Shown here piece after piece: positions 1 through 10,646 of a DNA stretch of 64,000 nt. The first letter of the stretch is position 1. Each line of letters starts with the position of its first letter. The stretch lies in the NCBI GenBank assembly GCA_001275005.1, contig JWZX01003352.1, positions 1 to 64,000 on the forward strand, given 5' to 3'. The DNA comes from Chrysochromulina tobinii. Lineage: Eukaryota. The position numbers and the translations under genes are program-made. Under the pieces are notes generated by a model that worked only from the letters and a program-made list of their open reading frames with translations, had not been told where the DNA came from and did no database searches.

Positions 1-1609
1 GGGGCGCCCGACACGGCGCCCGGCCGGACCCACGGCGACGCAGTGGAGAGGGCGACCCGAGGCGTCGCGCCCGCTACGGCGCCGGTGCCCGCGACGGCGC
101 CGTAGCCCGCGACGGCGCCCGCGATCTCGATGGCGGAGCTCCCATCGAAACCAAGCGGCACCGACGCCGGCGGCAGCGGCGTGGCAGCGCCCGTCCACCT
201 ATGTGGGGAGTGCGGGAGAGGGGTCGCCGTGGTGGGCACGTGCATGCGGCGCGTCGTGCCGAGCAATCCGTCGGTTCTCAGGGCTAAGGTTCTCAGCGCT
301 CGAGTGGCGGCGGCGCCTCACCATACGGGCACCTCAATGAGGGAGGCACTCAAGAGGTCATCAGAGTTCATCAGTGGTTCATCAGAGGTCATCAGTGGTG
401 CGCGCGCTCACCATGCGGGCACCTCGATGGCAGCGCCAGACCAATGCATGTGCCCGAACCAGTGCAGCAGCAAAGGGTCCGACCCGCCAGGCAGCGGCGC
501 GAAATCGAGCTGCGTGAGCACGCTGACGAGACTTGGATGCCATATCTGGATTGGAGGTCAAGTCAAGTCAAGTCAAGTCAAGTCAAGTCAAGTCAGGTCA
601 AGCCAAGTCAAGTCAAGTCAAGTCAGGTCAGGTCAAGTCACATTTCATATCTGATGACGAGGAATGGATGCCATATCTGGAGCCGTCAGCCGCACTCAGC
701 AACCAGCACTCAGCTCTCAGTAGCATCAGCACTCGGCAGCACTCAGCCGCACTCAGCCATCAGTCGCACTCAGCGATCAGTCGCCATCAGAGGTGCTTGA
801 CGAACCTCGCGGTCGGCGCGGCGGAGGAGCGCGAGGCGCGCGTGGGCTGGCCACTGACGCCGCCGGCCCAGCTCCCCGAGCTCAACCCGCCATGCATGCG
901 TCGTCAGCACCACCGCCGCCGTACATAGCCGCAGCTCCGCCAGCAACTTCGCCAGCGCCACGCGCGCCTTGCTCACAAAGCGACGCTGCACGTCGAGCCG
1001 GCCGGCTCCGCGCACAGCCCGCACGAGGTCACGCCCCTCCTGCTGCGCGCGCAGGTGGGCGCGCAGTGCGCCGAGGCACTCCTCCCGCCGCGCGCGTGAG
1101 GCTACCATCCGGTCCTCATGCATCTGCAGCATCTCGAGATCTCGATCTCGACCCATCTCGAGCACCTCGCCCCTCATGAGTAGCGGATCGCTCCAGCGCA
1201 GGCGAATCCCCGCGCCGGCGGCCTCTCCAATCGGCTCAAAGCCATCTGGGCTATTCGAGCGGCTGTGCCCCACGAGCGCATGCGGCTTGTGCAAGCCGCC
1301 TTTTCTCGACGCCCTCGTCGGCGGCCATGACGGCACCGGCACAAAGTCAGCCGATGTCGTCGGTCGCTGCTTAACGCGCTGGCCGGGCGTCTCCTCGGTC
1401 GTGCTTCCACCGCCGCCACCGATGCTCGCTCTCGCTGAGGCGGGCCGCCGCGTCGCAGGCGCCGGGGTCGCCGGCGGTGCCGGGTTTGGCTTACCCATAA
1501 GCTTGACATTCCCGGGCGGTTCCATGTCCTTCGTCCAGAGATGAGTCGCCACGGTGATGCGCCGGTGCGTGATGGCCGACCACAAAGGCTTCTCATGTGA
1601 CGGCATCAT
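1..1609 (-). CDS. Hypothetical protein, 3' end outside window; inferred exons 1609-806, 545-454, 198-<1
   Basis: ORF 770..1678 with ATG at 1609. Frame is preserved across a GT-AG intron 805-546 (DRE|IWHPS) and a GC-AG intron 453-199 (HWFG|WTGAATPL). No recognisable domain. Confidence 0.5.
557..640. repeat. (GTCAA/GTCAG)n pentamer microsatellite inside intron 805-546
   Basis: Directly visible tandem gtcaa/gtcag units; reads (TTGAC/CTGAC)n on the gene's sense strand, near the acceptor. Confidence 0.95.
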
Positions 1610-2030
1610 CTGAGAGAAAGTCGGGTGACCAGAAGGCCGCGCTGGGCATTCACACCGACACGGCGTTTTTCGACGCATGCAATCGCAAGGTCATCCACTC
1701 TCTCCTAACATGCTCGCTACGACTGAGAGCACACGACGACGGCTTGGCCTTGGGTTGTCCGCAAGGAACAAGTGCCTCTCACCAGGAGTTTCGGCAGAGA
1801 CTCAGGTCATGTCAGGTGCGAGCCGTTGCATGGGGAGACAACTGCATTATTGCAGCGAGTAGGGTAAGATTAATGCATGGGTATGGACGACAGACACGCT
1901 TCTCGAAATCGGCGTGGCGAATAGGCCCCCTGATCGATGCCTGCTTAGTAGGCATGTGGCGCCGTCGAGCCTGTGTCGTCCCCCACAAGTGAACAAACCC
2001 AAGGGGTCAAGCGATGCTTGGGACTGCTTG

Positions 2031-2114
2031 GGCATTGAGGCATTGAGGCATTGAGGCATTGAGGCATTGAGGAATTGAGGCATGCGGCATTGAGGAATTG
2101 AGGCATGCGGCATT
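2031..2114. repeat. Imperfect (GGCATTGA)n octamer tandem repeat
   Basis: Visible ggcattga/ggaattga units between two minus-strand genes. Confidence 0.9.
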
Positions 2115-2210
2115 GGCGTGGAGCCCAATATGTTGAACCAGAGATACTTGCGCCTGAACTTGCGCCCTGCGCAACCACTGCGGCTCAGCTCTCACCTGTC
2201 AACTCAGCTC

Positions 2211-2942
2211 TCAACTCTCGACACTCTGAGCGAGGACGGCTGCCAAGGCAGATGAGACGCAGCTTACGTTGCGTTCCGAGACCGCGAGCCTCCGCTTGAC
2301 AGCATCCAAGTCGCGCTGGGCGCGCTTCTGTCCATCCTTCAGCTCGATCAACTCCTTCTGCTGGGCTGCGAGGGCCTGCAGCAGGACGCGCACCACGGCA
2401 GCGTCCACCGGCCCATCGGGCACCGAGGTGGGTAGCTCAACGGGTGCCCCCGTTCCCACACCAGCGAAGGACATCACCCGTGGGGTGCTCGATTCTGTCG
2501 ATGAACTGGGGGGGCTCCGTTCTGTCGCTGAACGGGGGGTGCCCTCATCATCGACCTTCGAGCTCCGAGAGGGGCTGGGAGAGCTCCGATCCGTCGAGCT
2601 CCGCAAGGGGCTGGGAGAGCTCCGATCCGTCGAGTCTGCTGTCGATATTCTACGGATGGTGTTGCCACTGTACATGCTCGCAACGAAGTCCGAGCTCGAA
2701 GAATGACTTTCGGACACCATCCGCGGGGCTGTCGTCGGGGCTCCTGCCGACGACGGCGCGTTCTCCATTCCGGCGGCGAGGTGCAAGTTGCCGGTGGATC
2801 GGGCGGCGCCCCTGGGTGCGTAGCCCAGACGAGGCCTCGGTGGCTCGGAGGCAGCCCCTTTCTGCTCTAAGATCACCGAGCCCTTCTTCACGGGCGTCGC
2901 AACATTTGCTTCGTTTGAAGGGTCACCGCCCCAACCCCACAT
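2211..2942 (-). CDS. Hypothetical Ser/Pro-rich protein with C-terminal coiled coil
   Basis: 243-aa ATG ORF with a repeated TDRSSPSP motif and a heptad-like C-terminus. Confidence 0.55.
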   Translation of the reverse strand: MWGWGGDPSNEANVATPVKKGSVILEQKGAASEPPRPRLGYAPRGAARSTGNLHLAAGMENAPSSAGAPTTAPRMVSESHSSSSDFVASMYSGNTIRRISTADSTDRSSPSPLRSSTDRSSPSPSRSSKVDDEGTPRSATERSPPSSSTESSTPRVMSFAGVGTGAPVELPTSVPDGPVDAAVVRVLLQALAAQQKELIELKDGQKRAQRDLDAVKRRLAVSERNVSCVSSALAAVLAQSVES

Positions 2943-3251
2943 GAACTGGATAGCGCTAATCCTGCAGCTTCAAACCAATGGCTCCTCAAGCTTGCGCGCA
3001 GTTGTTCTTTTGCGCCCCATGTGAGCCGACAACTTCACCAAAACCTCCCGAGTTTCGTCAGTTTTTCGTCCTTGAATTGTCGATGTCGTGTCGAGACGAA
3101 ATCCTGTACCCCATCACCTTTCCAAATGCTGATGTCGGCCGCGCCGACGCACCCTCGCGAATTTTGACGGGGCTTCTTCGACCGTGGCACTCTCGTCGGT
3201 CGAGGCTAGCGCTATAGCACGCGCCGCTTCGCCGCGCGAGGACAGAGTGTG

Positions 3252-6200
3252 ATGCCACATGCTTGCACGGCCTCGGTCGCCCTCGACGCCGTGCTCGGTG
3301 CGGAGCGCGTCGCCAAGCTCGCCGAGGCGGGCGTCGACGAGTACATCACGGGCATGCTCGACGACGGCGCTGGCGAGGATGAGGCCGACTTGTCTGCGAC
3401 TCTCGGCCCGCTTCTCCTGGACACGGGCGTGGCAGAGGATGAGGCGGCTGCTGGGACGCTGAGCCTTGCAATCCTGAGGAAGCTGCGTGGCGCCATCGAA
3501 GGCGCGCCGGCTGCAGCGCCGGTCGAGGAGCCGCAGCTCAGAAAGCTCGCGGGCCACGGGGTGAGCATGTTCGAGCTGGTGGCGGCTGACGAGGCGAAGG
3601 CGATCGCCGAGGCCAAGGCTGAGATTGGCGAGGTGCGCGTCAACCTGAACACGACGATCTCCCACGGTGGCCCAGTCAACACGCTCATCGAGGAGGACTG
3701 CTCCGAGGAGGCGATGGCGCGGCGCTTCAAGCAGGCGCGCCGTGGTGAGAAGCAGCTCAAGCGAGAGGCGGATTGCGACTGATGAGTGCGAGTGATGATT
3801 GCCACTGATGCTTGCGACTGATGATTGCGACTGGTTGCCATCCTCAGGAGAGAAGCAGCTCAAGCGAGAGGCGCGGCGCGAAAAGGTGCGCGCGATGGCG
3901 CGCGACGAGTTCATGCGCGAACTTACCCGCGAGCCTGTCGTGCTGCACTGGCGCGGCGGCGGCGGCGGCGGCGGCACTGGCAGCGCGTGCGACATCCTGC
4001 TCAAGGGGATCAGCATGGACCTCGGCGGCATGATGTTGCTCGACGATGTCGACCTGACGCTCGTCCATGGGCGCAAGTATGCACTGATTGCCGCTGATGA
4101 CGCCTGATGATGCCTGATGACGCCTGATGATGACTGATGACGCCTGATGATGCCTGATGACGCTCGTCCATGGGCGCAAGTATGCACGCATCGGACGCGA
4201 CGGCGCCCGCGACGGCGCCCCCGAGTGCCATTGATTGCCTTTGAGTGTTTTTGATCGCGATTGATGGCCGTTATCAGGTATGGGCTCATTGGACGCAACG
4301 GTGTGGGCAAGACGACATTCCTCAAGTTCCTCTCCGCCCATCAGTTCGAAGGCATCCCCGAGCGGCTGCAGGTGCTATGCTCCTCCCTCTGATTGCGGCT
4401 GATTGCGGCTGATTGCGGCTGATTGCGGCTGCAGGTGCTATGCTCCTCCCTCTGATTGCGGCTGATTGCGGCTGATTGCGGCTGATTGCGGCTGCAGGTG
4501 CTATGCTCCTCCCTCTGATTGCGGCTGATTGCGGCTGATTGCGGCTGCAGGTGCTATGCTCCTCCCTCTGATTGCGGCTTATTGCGGCTGATTGCGGCTG
4601 ATTGCGGCTGATTGCGACTGATTGCGGCTGGATGGGCGCTGACTGGGATGGGCATGCAATCGCTCGGCTTGGCAGGTGCTCCACATCGAGCAGGAGGTCC
4701 CCTCCTCGCAGCTCTCTGTGCTCGAGACCGTACTGGCGACCGACCTCGAACGGATCGCTCTCTTGGCTGAGGCGAAGGAGCTTGAGGAGGAGGCGGCGAG
4801 CGAGGGGGCGAGCGAGGCGGCCAGTGAGGCCTCGAAGACGGACGAGGACCTAGCAGATGAGGCGGAGCGGCTGGCCCGGCTCAAGGAGGTGCTCGAGCGC
4901 CTCGACGAGATCGACTCGGCCACGGCGCCGTCTCGGTGTCGCGTTGCATGCAAGTGCTCACCACGGCGCCCGCTCTCTCCCACAGGTGCTCGAGCGCCTC
5001 GACGAGATCGACTCGGCCACGGCGCCGTCTCGGGCAGGCGCCATCTTATCCGGGCTGGGCTTCGATGCGGCGATGCAGGCGCGTTCGGTGGCCTCCTTCT
5101 CGGGCGGCTGGCGCATGCGCGTGGCGCTCGCCCGCGCCCTCTTCATTGCGCCCGACGTGCTGTTGCTTGACGAGCCCACCAACCACCTCGACTTGCATGC
5201 GGTGCTCTGGCTCGAGACCTACCTGCAGGGATGGTCGAAGACGCTCGTCGTTGTGTCGCACGCTCGCTCCTTCCTCAACGCGGTGGTGACGGACATCCTT
5301 CACTTTGCGGGCGATAAGAAGATCACTCGCTGGAAGGGCGACTACGACACGTTCGAGACGACGCGCTCCGAGCGGCTGCGCCAGAATGAGCGCATGCGCG
5401 ATGCACAGGCGAGTGTCGTTAATTGCCTCTTGATGGCCTCTTCTGATGGCCTTTGATTGCGTCTCTGACCAAGCGCATGCGCGATGCACAGGACAAGACG
5501 CGGGCTCACATGGAATCGTTCATTCAACGATTCCGAGCGAGCGCCAACCGCGCGGCCATGGTGCAGAGCCGGATCAAGGCGTTAGGGCGCATGGAATCTC
5601 TCGCTGAGATCCTCGAGGATCCGACACTGCGCTTCTCCTTCCCTGACCCCGAGCCGCTCTCGCCGCCCGTCCTGCAGCTGGCCAACGTGGGCTTCCACTA
5701 CGAGGGCCAGGCTCCGCTCTTCAGCAAGGTGCGTGATTGCGTCTGATTGCATACTTCAGCAAGGGGTACTCCTCGGGCCCGACTGGAGCTCTCGCGCAGC
5801 CCACAAGCTTTGGGGGGGCGCATGCAAGTGCTCACCACGGCGCGTCCTCCCCTTTCCCCACAGGTACACCTCGGGCTCGACATGAGCTCTCGCGTGGCCC
5901 TCGTCGGCCCCAATGGTGTGGGAAAGTCGACGCTGCTCAAGATCATCACCGGCGAGCTCGAGCCGACGGTCGGGTCGGTCACGCGCCACGGGCGCCTCAG
6001 AATGGGTCGCTTCACGCAGGTGAGCTCCTTGGAGTGCCGTCTGAGTGCCATTTTGGGAGTTCACTTGATTGCAGCTGAGTGCCACTCATGGTCACTGATT
6101 GCCGTTGAGTGTCACTGATTGCGACGGATGGGTCGCTTCATGCAGCACCACGTCGACCAGCTCGACCTGAGCCTCACTGCCCTCGAGGCCTTCCAAAAGG

Positions 6201-6715
6201 CTTTCCCAGAGGCGAAGCCACTCGAGATCCGCGCGCACCTGGGCGGCATGGGGCTGGGCGGGAACACGGCACTCCAACGCATGTCCACCCTCTCCGGCGG
6301 CCAAAAGTCGCGAGTGGCGTTCGCACAGATCATGTGGCAGCGGCCGCACCTGCTGCTGCTCGATGAGCCGACCAATCATCTCGATTTGGATGCGGTCGAG
6401 GCGCTCATCCACGCGCTCGTCGAGTGCTCGTGCGGTCTGCTCGTCATCTCGCACGACGCTCACCTCGTCAGCTCCATCTGTGAAGAGCTCTGGGTGGCCG
6501 AGCCGGGCACCGTCGCCATCTTCAAGGGCGAGTTCGAGCTCTACCGGAAGCAGCAGCTCAAGCTGGCTCGCAAGATGGGGCTGCTGCACATGGGGAAGGC
6601 CGTCGCCGGCGCACGGGACGAGCCTGATGAGGATGATGAGGCGGTCCCCACACCGCCTCCGCCAAAGCCCGCCGCAAAGATTGAGATCCGGCCCGCTGGC
6701 AAGCCGAAGAGTTAG
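3252..6715 (+). CDS. ABCF3: ABCF-family soluble ATPase (ABCF3/GCN20-like), about 804 aa; exons 3252-3744, 3848-4076, 4278-4371, 4676-4888, 4986-5408, 5492-5728, 5864-6019, 6146-6715
   Basis: Two ABC domains without TM segments: [36 protein letters not shown]; then [32 protein letters not shown]. The seven introns join the frames exactly (2415 nt). Confidence 0.92.
4362..4630 (+). repeat. Intronic compound tandem repeat (63/63/53-nt units with GCGGCTGATT decamers)
   Basis: Units beginning gcggctgcaggtgctatgctcctccctctgatt at 4362, 4425, 4488 and 4541. Confidence 0.95.
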
Positions 6716-6976
6716 CCGCGGTCTCAGGAAGCTCACGCCACCGAGTGCACACAGACAGCATGGAGTGCGGTTCGTGTGATGCGCCTTAATGAATCTTGGA
6801 AATCATTTCTTGGCGGGAAAACAAATGCTGAGGCCCCTGAACGCGCGCCGTTCCGAAAGCAGCAGTTATTCGAGGTGGGGTGTTTCGCACTTTGAGATAG
6901 CGTGCACAGAGAGATCACAGTGCATTCATGCTATTCTCGATACGAGCACCAAAATCTTTTCGCTGCATCAGCACCA

Positions 6977-7405
6977 TCAGAGCATTTCCATGTCATCGTT
7001 GTCATCGACTCCCTTGTATGAATCCTGCTTTTCCTGCTTCAACATGCGCCGTACTCGAAATGCGAATGGCCATAAAATGGGACAACTGCACCAGAGCGCT
7101 GGCGGGGCTAATCCGCACGCCACGAAATACACGCAGGTCATCAAGTTTATCAGGAGCCAGAGCTCGATGGTCGCCAAAATGAAGCCGCCGGTAAAAATCT
7201 GTGCGAGTTGATCAAGTTTGAGGTCGGCGCAGTGCACGGAGCAGGTTGCAGCGTTATTTGCAATCATGAAGCACCCGTTCAGTGGCGTGAATCGCTCCAC
7301 TGCATCCAGCACTGCGTCGCACCTTGAACTGCTCGGTGCAGACATCACGGCGGCTTCGCCGTGTACCGCAGCGGAGGGAGAAACACGACGGCCTTCGTCC
7401 ATCAG
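6977..7405 (-). CDS. Small hypothetical membrane protein
   Basis: ORF of about 142 aa with long hydrophobic, Cys-containing segments. Confidence 0.5.
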   Translation of the reverse strand: MMDEGRRVSPSAAVHGEAAVMSAPSSSRCDAVLDAVERFTPLNGCFMIANNAATCSVHCADLKLDQLAQIFTGGFILATIELWLLINLMTCVYFVACGLAPPALWCSCPILWPFAFRVRRMLKQEKQDSYKGVDDNDDMEML

Positions 7406-8351
7406 CATCGTCGATCGGCGTTACCGGTACCGGTACCGGTATTCATACAAGTCTTGACGAATTTATATTGTCTCTTCGCATTCAGTTCAGTCCACTGCTA
7501 GCCTCGAGAGCACATTCGATAGGCTTCCCTTAGGTTGTCTGTTGTTTATGTAGTAACTAAACTGAACTCTTCACATTCACGTTCATTCGCCACATCTCGG
7601 CAAGACGCACAACCACCGGAGGTCCCGTGATAGGCATTTCACAACTTTCGTATAAAAAGCGAGCGCGGGAAGTCTCCCCTGAGACTGGAACCAGCCGTTG
7701 ATTTCTTTGTAAATAAACATGTAAAGTGGTTCTACCACAATCCATACTCCCCGAGACCCTGCTGATGAGCTTGAGTGTTGAGGGCTTATAGAGCATGTTT
7801 ATAACTGAGTACGAGCACTGGTTGGTTGTCAGGCAGAGCCGACGGCGACGGATCTATCGGGTCACTCTCGTGGCCGCTGTATCTCGAACGCTACGTACCC
7901 CTCTCGGTGCCCGCGCTAGAAGCGCGGTGGTTTCATGCAACTACGGTGGTTTCATATCTGGGGCGTGTGTATCGCCCCGGGATGTGTATAACGCTCGAGT
8001 AGCGCGAGGCGGGACGTGGGGATCCCCGGGGATCGTATAAAGAGGGTGGAGACGTATCACCTGCCCCGCCCCGCCTTTCGCTTTCCTCACCCCGTCGCAG
8101 CTTGCGTCGCGCCCACCCTGGGCACTCCACTCACATCGACTTAAGTGGACGACACAATTTCCAATTTTTCAGGTTGCAAGGGTTATACGGTCGGTCTGCC
8201 AGGGGTACGGTCCGGTTATTCCGAATAACCGCATCTACCAGCACCATCCATGTGCTTTTGCGTCTTGAACTGATCATGTGGACAAAAAAAGTGGCGCTCG
8301 TAAAGGAAATCCCCAGAGAAAAACCAGCTTGATTTTCATTGTCTTGTGGTT

Positions 8352-9311
8352 CTACCGCAACCGGTGAAAAGACACCGGGGCATGCACCGGGGGGAGCCGG
8401 GACACACACGGGAACTTGGATGCATACAACCGGAGAGGGTTCGACTCACACGCAACCTTGCGCAGATCAAAAGGCAGGCGAGACGCGAGCACCGGATTAA
8501 GGAACACTTCGCTTGTCCAGATTCCGAAATTCGACCTGACGAGGCCAGCCCGGGTGAGTCGTGCGCGCACCTTCTGGTCCTTGTCATTGTCTCTTCGATC
8601 GAGCTCAACGAGCACCACGTCGAAGCGTGCAGGGTCGACAGTCGAAATCACATCAAACTCCGCACCCTCCACGTCCAGCGACAGAAAGTTGACGCGCGCC
8701 GGCATGTCAGCACGCTTCATAAGGACGTCAAGCCGAGCGCACGGTACCTGCGCAGTATCGCTAAGGTTCACATAACGGCTAAAGCGCTTCATGCTGCCGT
8801 TGACGTAGCTGCTGAGAAAGCCTGAGATCTCGTGGTGCTTGCGGCTCAGTGCGATGGTCATATTGCCCGAGCCAGCCTCGCACACCGCTGCGTGTTCCTT
8901 ATGGGCTGTGCGGCCGCTGCGCTCCAGCTCCTCATAAGACAGTGGATTAGCCTCTACCAACAAGCCCCGCCATCCCCAACAGCGCTCGAGCATGATGGTG
9001 TTTGACAAGTTGACACCATTGAGGGCACCTAGCTCAACGAAGCTGCCTGTGGTGTTGTTGCTAGCGTACAAAAGCGCGAGGAGCAGTCGTCCACTCTCGT
9101 CCCATTGGCCCAGGAATTGTTGCCTGGTACAGTTATCACGCTGCGCCAACTCTTGGCGGGTGGCAAGCGGCAAGGCCTTCTGCAGCAGATGGATAACGGC
9201 CTCAGCATCGGCATGTGGCGCATGCCAGGCCGTGCCCGCGCTCTGCGCAAGCGTGGCGGCGAGCATGCTTGCGCGCGCCCACAAGCATCGCAATGGCGCT
9301 GCCGCGGGCAT
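8352..9311 (-). CDS. FkbM-family SAM-dependent methyltransferase
   Basis: FVELGALNG..SNT..LE...GWRGLLVEANP and FLSLDVEGAE are typical FkbM/Methyltransf_21 motifs. Confidence 0.85.
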   Translation of the reverse strand: MPAAAPLRCLWARASMLAATLAQSAGTAWHAPHADAEAVIHLLQKALPLATRQELAQRDNCTRQQFLGQWDESGRLLLALLYASNNTTGSFVELGALNGVNLSNTIMLERCWGWRGLLVEANPLSYEELERSGRTAHKEHAAVCEAGSGNMTIALSRKHHEISGFLSSYVNGSMKRFSRYVNLSDTAQVPCARLDVLMKRADMPARVNFLSLDVEGAEFDVISTVDPARFDVVLVELDRRDNDKDQKVRARLTRAGLVRSNFGIWTSEVFLNPVLASRLPFDLRKVACESNPLRLYASKFPCVSRLPPVHAPVSFHRLR

Positions 9312-9677
9312 TCGCTCTCACGGCCCGTGTTGTCGTTGTTATGTGATATATGAGATAACATCCTGTGTACCTGGCATGTATGAGTGAACCCTGATGCCAC
9401 ATGCCTGAACACTGTTGCATCGCATGTGTCTATCTGTCTCCTCGACTCTCGTGTCACGTGTGAGTCCCGCGGCTCCCCCTGGTGTCTAAAAAATTCACAG
9501 CGAGGCCGAACCGGCTTGCCGGGCGGAGGGGTTACAGGGGAGACTGAGGATAGCCCCTATGGGCAGTCTGTCAGTCGCGTTTTCGCGGCCACGCACACAA
9601 CACACGCGCCCACCGCATTCCGGCACAGGGGCGCTCCTCTCGGTCGTCATGCTCGGCCTGCAAATCACATGCTAGTT

Positions 9678-10646
9678 TCACAGCTGCGCCTGAGGCGCGC
9701 GCCGCACGCGTCGGAAGAGCGTCGCGCACGAATGTCGCCGACTGTTCCAAGGCTCGTCGGTGCAGCCCAGCAAGACGCGGCTCAGGCGATCCATGGCCAC
9801 GTCCGCCGAGACGCGCTCCCATCCGTCGACGCCAAAAGGAGTCCGCGCAGGCTCGTACGTGTACACTTTGCGCCAGGAGCGTGACGCTGCGGGCTCCGAG
9901 CGACGGCTGATTAGCGGTCGCATGGCTGTAGATCGGGGGCTGGATGCTCGCCCGTCGTTGTCGTTGTCAGCAGCCTCAGATTCGACCTCCGAGCCGCTCG
10001 TGGATGACACGTCCAGCGCAGCGGCATCCTCGTCGCCATCGGCCAAGAACCCCCAAGTGGCCCACGGCGAGCCGCAGCACCCATCATCCTTCTCCCCCAG
10101 CAACAGGTAGGCTTGCACGGCCGCACACGCTCGGAAGCCGCTCGTCCAATCTAGACCTAGCGGCATGAAGCTGCAGATGACAATGTGCGGCTCGAACGCG
10201 GCGACTGCGTTGCGCGCGTCGAGTTGCTCGACCTTAGCTCCCGCTTTGGGACGCAAGCCACGGGCCCCACTGTCGGTGGCAAGGAGCCGCACGGGTGCTG
10301 CACGATCAGCGAGGGCGCGCTGCAGGTGGAAGCACAACGTGCCATCGCCTGCGCCCACCTCGAGGACCCGGAGCTCTCCGCCTTGCGCGCTGGCCTCGTC
10401 GCACAGCCAATCAGACAGCCGGGACACCACCTCACGGGTGACCACCAAGTAGTGAGGCTGTTGGTTATTGCCAGTGCGCACAAATGACCGCCACCGCGCG
10501 CAACGATCGCAGTTACAGTGGACTTCGCCGCTGACCTGCTCGAGAGGATGCTCAACGGCAGCAAACAGGGCAAATTCGCACTCGAGCGCAGCCGTGGACG
10601 GGAGGTCGACCTCCGCCATGCCCTGTTCACAACTATAAGGTGGCAT
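9678..10646 (-). CDS. Class I SAM-dependent methyltransferase-like protein
   Basis: SAM-binding motif I VLEVGAGDGTL; first in-frame ATG taken as 10646. Confidence 0.7.
   Translation of the reverse strand: MPPYSCEQGMAEVDLPSTAALECEFALFAAVEHPLEQVSGEVHCNCDRCARWRSFVRTGNNQQPHYLVVTREVVSRLSDWLCDEASAQGGELRVLEVGAGDGTLCFHLQRALADRAAPVRLLATDSGARGLRPKAGAKVEQLDARNAVAAFEPHIVICSFMPLGLDWTSGFRACAAVQAYLLLGEKDDGCCGSPWATWGFLADGDEDAAALDVSSTSGSEVESEAADNDNDGRASSPRSTAMRPLISRRSEPAASRSWRKVYTYEPARTPFGVDGWERVSADVAMDRLSRVLLGCTDEPWNSRRHSCATLFRRVRRAPQAQL

Noticed and set aside
4362..4630. Regular repeats resembling a CRISPR array (also 30746-30985)
   Set aside because: There are no unique spacers and no cas genes; the units are tandem and lie inside spliceosomal introns.
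7410..8340. AT-richer stretch with short palindromes as a possible mobile element
   Set aside because: No terminal repeats, target-site duplication or transposase-like ORF; treated as intergenic DNA.
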